From NCBI GenBank assembly GCA_902515405.1, contig CABXUS010000001.1:26639-90638 (forward strand): DNA of 64,000 nucleotides. Direction: 5' to 3'. Position 1 is the first letter of the stretch. Every line of letters begins with the position of its first letter. Of this stretch, positions 41,921 to 50,165 are shown piece after piece. Under the pieces are notes generated by a model that had not been told where the DNA came from, did not search any database, and saw nothing but the letters and a program-made list of their open reading frames with translations. A program made the translations under genes and the position numbers. This DNA is from an uncultured Bacteroidota bacterium (GTDB taxonomy: Bacteria > Bacteroidota > Bacteroidia > Flavobacteriales > Flavobacteriaceae).

Positions 41921-42328
41921 ATGCTTTTTCAAAAAGAGATAATCTTAAAGCCAAGATCAAGAGGATTTCATTTAATTACAGATGATATAATTTCTGTTTT
42001 ACCAAACTTTAGTGGAATAGTAAATGTTTTTATTAAACATACTTCTGCAAGTTTAACAATTAATGAAAATGCTGACCCAAGTGTAAGAGTAGATTTTGAG
42101 ACTCATTTTAATAATATGGTCTCTGAAGATGAAAATTACTTTACACATACTTATGAAGGAAAAGATGATATGACCTCTCACATAAAAAGCAGCTTGTTAG
42201 GTTCATCTGTTTCTTTTCCAATAAAAAATGGAATTCCGGAATTAGGAGTTTGGCAAGGAATTTATTTGTGTGAACACAGAAACAATGCTTCTTCTAGAAA
42301 AATATTTATTACCTTAATTGGTGAATAA
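41921..42328 (+). CDS. yjbQ: YjbQ/UPF0047 family (secondary thiamine-phosphate synthase)
   Basis: 135 aa. HTSASLTINENADPSV, DDMTSHIKSSLLG, GVWQGIYLCEHR. Confidence 0.85.
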   Translation: MLFQKEIILKPRSRGFHLITDDIISVLPNFSGIVNVFIKHTSASLTINENADPSVRVDFETHFNNMVSEDENYFTHTYEGKDDMTSHIKSSLLGSSVSFPIKNGIPELGVWQGIYLCEHRNNASSRKIFITLIGE

Positions 42329-42337
42329 AATTTAAAA

Positions 42338-43630
42338 ATGAAAAAAAATTACTTTTCTTTTATTTTAATTTTCAATTTGTTTTTTTTATTTGGACAATCT
42401 TTTGATAAAAAAATAGAACAATTAATAAATGAAAATCTTGATGAAACTATAGATTTAAGACATTGGTTTCATGAAAATGCTGAATTAAGTAATAGAGAAT
42501 TTAAAACTGCTGCTAGAATTGCCCAGGTGTTGAAAGAAATTGGATATGAACCAGTCACGGGAGTTGCAAAAACAGGAGTTGTTGCAACATTAAACCCTGG
42601 AAAACCAGGACCTGTAGTTGGTTTAAGAGCTGATATTGATGGTCTTCCAGTTAAGGAAAGAGCTAATATTCCTTGGGCATCAAAAATGAAAGGTATTTAC
42701 AATGGTGAAGAAGTACCTGTAATGCATGCTTGCGGTCATGATATGCACACTGCTATTTTATTAACTACTGCAAAAATTTTATATGAGATTAAAGATAAAA
42801 TACCTGGGCAAGTAAAATTTATTTTTCAACCAGCTGAGGAAGGTGCTCCACCAGGAGAAGAAGGAGGTGCTGAATTAATGATCAAAGAAGGTGTTTTGAA
42901 AAATCCTGATGTCGATGCAATTTTTGGACTGCATGTTTGGTCAGGATTATATGCTGGTCAAGTTTATCTAAGACCTGAAGGAATTATGGCTGCTGTAAAT
43001 GAATTTAGAATTGATTTAAAAGGTGTTCAAACACATGGCTCAACACCCTGGACTGGTAGGGACCCGATTGTTACTGCAGCCCAGATAGTTAATTCACTAC
43101 AGACTATTGTTAGTAGAAGTTTACCTTTAACGGAAGCTGGTGCAGTTGTTACAATCGGAAGTATTCATGGAGGTGTTAGAAGTAATATTATCCCAGAAGA
43201 TTTATACATGCTAGGAACAATCAGGACACTTGATAATAATATGAAGGCTACTGTTCTTGAAAGATTAGAACAAATTGTTTATAATGTAGCTGAATCAAAT
43301 AATATTGAAGCTAAAATTACATACTTAGTTTCATATCCAATTACTTACAATGATCCCTATTTATATGAAGAAATATTACCAACTTTAGAAAGAGTTAATG
43401 GTGAAAAAAATGTTCATTTAATGAAAGCAATCACTGGAGCTGAAGATTTTTCATATTTTCAAGAAAAAGTTCCTGGAACATATTTTTTTATTGGTGGTTC
43501 AAAACCTGATGTTGACTTATCTACAGTTGCACCACATCACACACCAGACTTTTATGTAGATGATTCAGCAATTTCAACTGGAATTAGATCGATGGTCAGT
43601 TTAACTATAGATTATATCCTTGAAAATTAA
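42338..43630 (+). CDS. M20D-family amidohydrolase (secreted)
   Basis: 430 aa. Signal peptide, LRADIDGLP, MHACGHDMH, FIFQPAEEG. Confidence 0.85.
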   Translation: MKKNYFSFILIFNLFFLFGQSFDKKIEQLINENLDETIDLRHWFHENAELSNREFKTAARIAQVLKEIGYEPVTGVAKTGVVATLNPGKPGPVVGLRADIDGLPVKERANIPWASKMKGIYNGEEVPVMHACGHDMHTAILLTTAKILYEIKDKIPGQVKFIFQPAEEGAPPGEEGGAELMIKEGVLKNPDVDAIFGLHVWSGLYAGQVYLRPEGIMAAVNEFRIDLKGVQTHGSTPWTGRDPIVTAAQIVNSLQTIVSRSLPLTEAGAVVTIGSIHGGVRSNIIPEDLYMLGTIRTLDNNMKATVLERLEQIVYNVAESNNIEAKITYLVSYPITYNDPYLYEEILPTLERVNGEKNVHLMKAITGAEDFSYFQEKVPGTYFFIGGSKPDVDLSTVAPHHTPDFYVDDSAISTGIRSMVSLTIDYILEN

Positions 43631-43659
43631 CTTGGCATAATTTTAGCAATTTAAATATT

Positions 43660-44217
43660 ATGAAAAATTTATTATACCTATTTAGTTTAATCCTTTTACC
43701 TGGAATTTTATTTTCTCAGGCATCATTTGATTTAGAAAAAAGTAAAATTAAGTGGACTGGCAAGAAGATTACCACAGAGTCACATTGGGGTTCATTATAT
43801 TTCAGTGAAGCAAATTTATTTTTTGATGGTTCAGATTTAATTAAAGGCAAGTTTATTGTTGATATGAATTCAATGACAGTCGATGATATTCAAGGAAGAG
43901 GAAAAGAAAGACTTGAAAACCATCTCAGAAATGATGATTTTTTTGGAGTTTCTAATTTTAAAGAAGCAGTTTTAGAGTTTGATTCAAAATCAAAGCTTTT
44001 AAATGGCGAATATTCCGTAAATGCTAATTTAACTATCAAAGACATTACAAATGCTGTTGTTTTTAAATTAAAACCCAAAGGTGATTCATACATTGCAAAT
44101 TTGATTTTTGATAGAACTAAATTTAATGTAACCTACAGGTCAGGAAATTTTTTTCAGAATTTAGGTGACAGATTAATATTGGATGAGGTTGAGCTCGCAG
44201 TCACTTTAGTTAAATAA
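43660..44217 (+). CDS. YceI-family protein
   Basis: 185 aa. Signal peptide, S.I.W.G.K, NHLRNDDFF, and NLTIKDITN typical of the YceI lipocalin-like fold. Confidence 0.8.
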   Translation: MKNLLYLFSLILLPGILFSQASFDLEKSKIKWTGKKITTESHWGSLYFSEANLFFDGSDLIKGKFIVDMNSMTVDDIQGRGKERLENHLRNDDFFGVSNFKEAVLEFDSKSKLLNGEYSVNANLTIKDITNAVVFKLKPKGDSYIANLIFDRTKFNVTYRSGNFFQNLGDRLILDEVELAVTLVK

Positions 44218-44218
44218 A

Positions 44219-45850
44219 CTATTTAGAGTTTTTTGGTGGAATTCTGCCTGGAAACCTTTTTTCAAAGTAATATCCAATCTGATACAAAAGCAACTCGCTC
44301 GATGATTTTCCAATAAATGTAAGTCCTGAAGGCTCATCATTTTTCCTAAAACCCATTGGAATAGTTAGACAAGGATTATGTGCGACAGCTGCATACCCAG
44401 CATGGTAGTTATTGATGGATAAAATTGCATCTAAATTATATTTATCCATTGGCATATTAAAAAACTTATTACCTTCTTTCATCAGTCTAGCTTTTAATAA
44501 CTCAAATTTATCTATTGACATTGTGTCTTTAATTATTTTATTGAATATACTTTGACCGTATGGAGCTCTAACAATTGAATCTTTTCTGTTAAATTCAATA
44601 ATTGATAATATATCATTAACCTCTAAGTTTTCATTTCCGTAAGTTTTTAAATAAGTTTTTAAATCGGTTCTCATGTCTTCATCTAAAAGTTTTATAAAAT
44701 TGGAGAGGTTTACATCAGGGGCTTTGATTTCAAATAAATTAATTCCATCAGCTTTCATTTTATCAATCGCTTCTTTATATAATGAATCATTTAAATAAAA
44801 GTTTTTATAAAAACCAAGTCTAAAAATTGAAGCATTATAATTAATTACACTATCAATTTCAATATTATTGCTATTTATTGAATAACTATCATTATTGTCA
44901 TATCCATATATGGCATTGTATACAATTATATTATCAATCACATTTTTTGTCATGGGACCTGCTGTATCCAATGATGAAGAAATAGGAATTATTCCAGATC
45001 TACTTACGTTTCCAATTGTAGGCTTCAATCCAACCAGTGAGTTTGCAGAGGATGGTGACAAAATTGAGCCCGATGTTTCAGAACCTAATGAAACTGAAGT
45101 TAAGTTTGATGCAGTTGCTACTCCACTTCCAGAACTAGAACCTCCGGTATCTATTGTTTTTCTTCCATATGGATTTAATGTTTGCCCCCCTAGGGAAGTG
45201 TATCCATTTGGGCATCCGGAGCAAAAATAGTTTGCCCACTCACTTAAATTTGTTTTACCCAAAATAATTGCTCCCTGATCTTTTAATTTTTTTGTTATAA
45301 AAGCATCTTTTGTATAATTATTTTTCAAACTATATGCTCCTGCAGTTGTTGGTAATGATTCAAAACCTATATTATCTTTTAAAAGAATTGGGATTCCAAA
45401 AACAGAATAAATATTTTCATTTCCAATTTCATCTTTTTTTCTAGCTTCATTTAAAATATTTCTATTCAAAGAAATAATAGAATTTAAATACGTCTTTTGA
45501 TTAAATTCAACTAAATATATTCTAGAAATATAAAATAATGATAAGTCATAGTAATTAAATTCACCGTCAATTATATATCGTTGAATTTCAGGAATACTTT
45601 TTTCAATAATAAAAGGTTTTAGCTTATCATACTTGTTCTGTAGAAAAGAGCTAATTTCATTTTCATACCCTTTAATTAAGTTATTTTTATCTGTTGATAT
45701 TGATTGAATCCTTTTATACCTTAATTTTTTATTTTCAATTGTACTATTTTGTATTATTTCTGAGCTTTGGTTGTATTTTTTCCATTTTTTTAAATCATTG
45801 CTACAACTTGTAACAGCTATAATAATTATAGAAATAAAAATATATTTCAT
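44219..45850 (-). CDS. amidase-signature enzyme (lipoprotein)
   Basis: 543 aa. Lipobox AVTSC and the AS signature GGSSSGSGVATASN...GSETSGSILSPS. Confidence 0.85.
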   Translation of the reverse strand: MKYIFISIIIIAVTSCSNDLKKWKKYNQSSEIIQNSTIENKKLRYKRIQSISTDKNNLIKGYENEISSFLQNKYDKLKPFIIEKSIPEIQRYIIDGEFNYYDLSLFYISRIYLVEFNQKTYLNSIISLNRNILNEARKKDEIGNENIYSVFGIPILLKDNIGFESLPTTAGAYSLKNNYTKDAFITKKLKDQGAIILGKTNLSEWANYFCSGCPNGYTSLGGQTLNPYGRKTIDTGGSSSGSGVATASNLTSVSLGSETSGSILSPSSANSLVGLKPTIGNVSRSGIIPISSSLDTAGPMTKNVIDNIIVYNAIYGYDNNDSYSINSNNIEIDSVINYNASIFRLGFYKNFYLNDSLYKEAIDKMKADGINLFEIKAPDVNLSNFIKLLDEDMRTDLKTYLKTYGNENLEVNDILSIIEFNRKDSIVRAPYGQSIFNKIIKDTMSIDKFELLKARLMKEGNKFFNMPMDKYNLDAILSINNYHAGYAAVAHNPCLTIPMGFRKNDEPSGLTFIGKSSSELLLYQIGYYFEKRFPGRIPPKNSK

Positions 45851-47127
45851 TTTAGTTTCATGTTTATAATTTCCTCCATTTTCATTCCTCTTGATCCCTT
45901 AATAAGTATTTGATCTTGATTGATCTCTTGTACATCATCATAGAAATCTTCTTTTGTTTTATAAAAGAAAAGAGATTTTGAATTTTCCTGAGCATTAAAA
46001 AAATCTTTTCCTATAAAGTATGATTTATCAATTTTATTATTTTTTATAATTTCAACAATCTTTTTATGTTCATCAAATGCATTACTCCCAAGCTCAAACA
46101 TATCTCCTAAAATAACAGCTTTAGAACCTTTAATTTTAGAAAATGATTCAATTGCATGTGTCATACTTGTTGGATTGGCATTATATGCATCTAAAATTAT
46201 TTCTTTTGATTTGATTCTAATAATTTCTGATCTATTATTTTCAAGCTTATAATTAACTAATGATTTTTGAATTTTTTTTGAATCAATACCAAAATGTAAG
46301 CCTATGGAAATTGCAACGCAAACATTTGAAAAATTATAATCTCCATATATATTTGATTTATACATTACATCTAAACATGTAACTTTAACTTTTTTTTCAG
46401 GTATGAATACAAAATTATAATTAGACTTTGTTTTTGAGCCAAAGGAAAAGTTTTTATAATTATTAAACTTTATTTGTTCTGAATCATCATTATTTAAAAT
46501 GAGAGTTTTATCATTTTCAATTATCCAATTATATAATTCTGTTTTTGCTTTTACCACCCCTTTTAAACTTTTGAAACCCTCTAAATGGGCTTTACCAAAA
46601 TTTGTTATATAACCGTAATCTGGTTCTACAATTCGAGTTAAGAAATCTATCTCTCCAAAGTTATTTGCGCCTAATTCGATAACTGTAAAATCTGTATCCT
46701 CTTTAATTTGAAGAAGACTTAAAGGAACACCAATATGATTATTAAAATTACCTAATGTTGATATTGTATTAAATTTTTCTTTTAAAACTAAATGAATTAA
46801 TTCTTTCGATGTGGTTTTACCATTACTTCCAGTTAATGCAATTATTTTAGATTTAGTTTTTTTTCTGTGATAGTTTGCCAATTTTTGCAAGGTTTCTAAT
46901 GAGTTCTCCACCTTTATTACATTGTCTACATTTTCAAATTTTTTTTGATTTGAATCAATAATAGCCTTACCAGCACCTTTTTTTAATGCTTCAATTGCAA
47001 AATTATTACCATCAAAATTTTCACCTTTAATTGCAAAAAACAGTGACCCTTTTCTTATTGATCTTGAATCAATATCTACAATGCAATTACAATCTAAAAA
47101 CTTATTATGTAAGTTTTCAATATTCAT
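45847..47127 (-). CDS. murF: UDP-N-acetylmuramoyl-tripeptide--D-alanyl-D-alanine ligase
   Basis: 426 aa. Mur ligase P-loop TGSNGKTT, DAYNANP, and position downstream of gldJ as in Flavobacterium. Confidence 0.85.
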   Translation of the reverse strand: MNIENLHNKFLDCNCIVDIDSRSIRKGSLFFAIKGENFDGNNFAIEALKKGAGKAIIDSNQKKFENVDNVIKVENSLETLQKLANYHRKKTKSKIIALTGSNGKTTSKELIHLVLKEKFNTISTLGNFNNHIGVPLSLLQIKEDTDFTVIELGANNFGEIDFLTRIVEPDYGYITNFGKAHLEGFKSLKGVVKAKTELYNWIIENDKTLILNNDDSEQIKFNNYKNFSFGSKTKSNYNFVFIPEKKVKVTCLDVMYKSNIYGDYNFSNVCVAISIGLHFGIDSKKIQKSLVNYKLENNRSEIIRIKSKEIILDAYNANPTSMTHAIESFSKIKGSKAVILGDMFELGSNAFDEHKKIVEIIKNNKIDKSYFIGKDFFNAQENSKSLFFYKTKEDFYDDVQEINQDQILIKGSRGMKMEEIINMKLK

Positions 47128-47171
47128 TATTTAAATATAAAAAGTTTACTTAAAAGTGGCTTGGCTAAAGC

Positions 47172-48752
47172 TTATCTTTTCTTAGGCTTGGAAACATTTC
47201 TAGATTCTCCTAGATATGACATTGCACACCTAAATCCAATATAATTAGTTGTCATATATTCAGGAAAAAATCTTCTTTGAGCAGGGTCAAGGTAATATGA
47301 ACGATCAAGCCACGAACCTCCTTTATAAACTCTTGATTCATTACTTATTAGTGATGGAAATATAAAATCGAGTGGTTTATCTTTAGATGGTGAATTATAC
47401 ATTTCTTTATCATCATTTCTTGAGGATTCTTTATCACCATCATTAAAATTACGATTATCAGCTTTAGAATAATTAATTCTATTATTAATTGATTTAGATT
47501 CTTCTTGAACTATTTCACCAGGTAAACTTTTGAACTCAATTCTTCCATTTGGAAGTATTTTAAAATTTTTTTTATCATTAAAATTTGAATTATCAGTAAT
47601 GGCATAACCTTCATTATTAATCACATTATTTTTGTATACATTTCCTCTGTAATAATTAAAGTCGTTAGCATCTTCATCAATTACAGGTCTGTAAACATCA
47701 GCTACCCATTCAGCTACGTTACCACCCATGCCATAAAGTCCAAAATCATTGGCAGGATATGATCTAACAGATGTTGTAATTCCAGAACCTGATTCAGACC
47801 ACCCAGCAATTCCACCATAATCACCCTTACCAAGTTTATAATTAGCTAATTGATCGCCTAAATTTTTCTTTCTTTGAGATCTTGTATACTCGCCATCCCA
47901 TGGAAATTTCTTTTTACCACGATATATATTATCTCTTCTAACTTCTCCCAACCCAAGTGCAGCATATTCCCACTCAGTTTCAGTTGGCAAACGGTATTCT
48001 GGAAGCATAATACCTTTTTCTATACTTGCAAAATCATAACCTCCTCCTTCGTCATTAATAGCTTTTTCTCCAATATAATTTTCGATATTTTCTCCTAATG
48101 AATTTTCAGGATCTAAAAGGTAGCGTTTAGTGTTAAAGTTTAATTTTGAATTTAAAGAATCCTTGTTAAGATATCCTTTATTTGCTAAAATTAAAGCATT
48201 TACTCTTTCAGTTCTCCATTTTGAATATCTAGTCGCTTGTTTCCAACTTACACCAACAACAGGATGATTTCTAAAAGCAGGGTATCTTAAATAATTATTT
48301 ACCATATCTTCATTGAAACCAAGTGGATTTCTCCAAACTAATGTGTCAGGCAGGGCATTTTTCCATATTTTTCTCAAATCAGGATCATTACCATACATTT
48401 TTTTTAGCCAGAATAAATATTCTACATACATTCCGTTTGTAACTTCGGTTTCATCCATGAAAAAAGACCTAACGTACTGTTGAGTAGGAGTATTATTCCA
48501 ATCATGCATAACATTATCTTTGACATTTCCTTTGACAAACGTGCCACCTTGAATAAATATCATACCCGGTGCTGATAATTGATCTTTAAATTTATTCTCA
48601 AGTTTAAATCCTCCATCTTTACCATCTATGCTCCAGCCTGTAGCATTGGAAATATTAGTTCCAGATTTCATACTGTTTTTGCCATTGAATAGGCTACAGG
48701 ACGAAATCATAAATACAGAAAATATAAGTAGTAAAGTAAATTTATTGCTCAT
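47172..48752 (-). CDS. gldJ: gliding-motility / T9SS lipoprotein GldJ (FGE-sulfatase-like fold)
   Basis: 526 aa. Lipobox ISSCS, SUMF1/FGE-like segments (HPVVGVSWKQA, RLPTETEWEYAA, GNVAEWV, KGGSW..., IGFRCA), gldJ-murF synteny. Confidence 0.8.
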   Translation of the reverse strand: MSNKFTLLLIFSVFMISSCSLFNGKNSMKSGTNISNATGWSIDGKDGGFKLENKFKDQLSAPGMIFIQGGTFVKGNVKDNVMHDWNNTPTQQYVRSFFMDETEVTNGMYVEYLFWLKKMYGNDPDLRKIWKNALPDTLVWRNPLGFNEDMVNNYLRYPAFRNHPVVGVSWKQATRYSKWRTERVNALILANKGYLNKDSLNSKLNFNTKRYLLDPENSLGENIENYIGEKAINDEGGGYDFASIEKGIMLPEYRLPTETEWEYAALGLGEVRRDNIYRGKKKFPWDGEYTRSQRKKNLGDQLANYKLGKGDYGGIAGWSESGSGITTSVRSYPANDFGLYGMGGNVAEWVADVYRPVIDEDANDFNYYRGNVYKNNVINNEGYAITDNSNFNDKKNFKILPNGRIEFKSLPGEIVQEESKSINNRINYSKADNRNFNDGDKESSRNDDKEMYNSPSKDKPLDFIFPSLISNESRVYKGGSWLDRSYYLDPAQRRFFPEYMTTNYIGFRCAMSYLGESRNVSKPKKR

Positions 48753-48856
48753 AATTCGATTGTAAATATATACATATTGAGTATTCTTTTAAAAAAAACT
48801 TTAAAATTTTAAACTTTAAAAACCAATAATTAACCTCAAAAAACATGCCTTTTTTT

Positions 48857-49945
48857 CTAAATTGTATTGATAAAATCTAATACATCTTCTTCATTAGAGT
48901 AGATTATGTCATAAAATTCTACTTTTTTCACCCATTTTATGAATGATTTAATAGATTTATTTCTTCTTATTAAAAATGAATCATTTACAAGTTCCTGTAA
49001 AACTTCATTTTTATTTGATTCAGATATTTTAAAATCGGAGTTTTTATTGTATTTGACTTTAAAAACATGATTACAAGAATAAAATTTTCTTAAAATTTCA
49101 TTCTTTTTAGGGTACAAATAAGTTATATCTCCTTTGTATGTTTTTGTATTAAATTGATAAAAATTTTTAAATGAATAATTTTTTAAAATACTACTATTGG
49201 ATTTTTTTATTGAAAGAGCATTTGGGAAGTGCCCAAAATAACCATCATTATTCATTGCAGCTGTGTCGTCACAAATTAATTTAAATCCATGTTTGACCAA
49301 AAGTGTTGCTAAACTGGTTTTTCCACTACCAGAATTTCCGATTAACAAGAATGATTTATTTGATTTGTGAACGATTGATCCATGTAAGAATGCTGACCAT
49401 TTTTTTTCATCTAAATTGTGATATTTATAAATTATTAGAGATAATATTTTTCCTTTTAAAAAATGAATTTCTTTTAACTTCCAAGACCCTAAAAGCTTGT
49501 TGTTGTAGTGCAAATAAGTTTTTTTATTTTTTGTATAAAGCATAAAGCATTGATTCTTAGATATTTTATTAATTTTTAGATGATTAAGTTGACCAAATAT
49601 ATCATTCATATTTACTGAATCATCATGCAAAATTGTATAGGTAGAATTTTCTATTTCAAACGAAAATTTATTAGACAATATTGGATTTTTTAAGAACTTT
49701 TTTTTGACTGATTTATTTTTCTCTTTTTTAGCAAGTTGTGATAAATCCTTTAAAATGTGTGTGGAGTCTTTTAATTTATATTTGTTTTTTAAAAATTGTT
49801 TAAATTCAGTTTTTGTTTTTGAAAAATATTTTTTTATTATCGACAAGTTTAAGTCAGAAACTATCAATATTTTTTCACTTTTTTTAATATAAATTAAGTG
49901 ATTATCATCATCTATTTTATCAAATATTAGGCTCTTATTTTCCAA
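48857..49945 (-). CDS. HprK-C-terminal-like P-loop protein with an uncharacterised ~190-aa N-terminal region
   Basis: 362 aa. LHGSIVHKSNKSFLLIGNSGSGKTSLATLLVKHGFKLICDD matches the HPr kinase/HprK-related kinase core (G.SG.GKS..A..L...G..L..DD). P-loop at nt 49316-49339. Confidence 0.5.
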   Translation of the reverse strand: MENKSLIFDKIDDDNHLIYIKKSEKILIVSDLNLSIIKKYFSKTKTEFKQFLKNKYKLKDSTHILKDLSQLAKKEKNKSVKKKFLKNPILSNKFSFEIENSTYTILHDDSVNMNDIFGQLNHLKINKISKNQCFMLYTKNKKTYLHYNNKLLGSWKLKEIHFLKGKILSLIIYKYHNLDEKKWSAFLHGSIVHKSNKSFLLIGNSGSGKTSLATLLVKHGFKLICDDTAAMNNDGYFGHFPNALSIKKSNSSILKNYSFKNFYQFNTKTYKGDITYLYPKKNEILRKFYSCNHVFKVKYNKNSDFKISESNKNEVLQELVNDSFLIRRNKSIKSFIKWVKKVEFYDIIYSNEEDVLDFINTI

Positions 49946-50165
49946 TTTTTTTAAATATTAAATCTCAAAACCATCATAAAGTTAACCCAAATTACATTTT
50001 AAAAAATTTTAACTCGAAATGCTTTTCTTTTTATAATTTATTTTAATCAATTAGACTGATAGACTTTATAATCAGTATGTTAAGTAAAGAAAATCCTTTA
50101 TTTATTTGTATATTTTGTAATAGTTATTTATTTTCGAAACTTATAACATTTAATAACAAACTATT

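Noticed and set aside
37739-45230. Antisense ORFs in the RND permease (37739-37996, 38525-38791, 38921-39172), YceI (43890-44093) and amidase (44895-45230) genes
   Set aside because: They are embedded opposite well-supported genes and have no independent signals.
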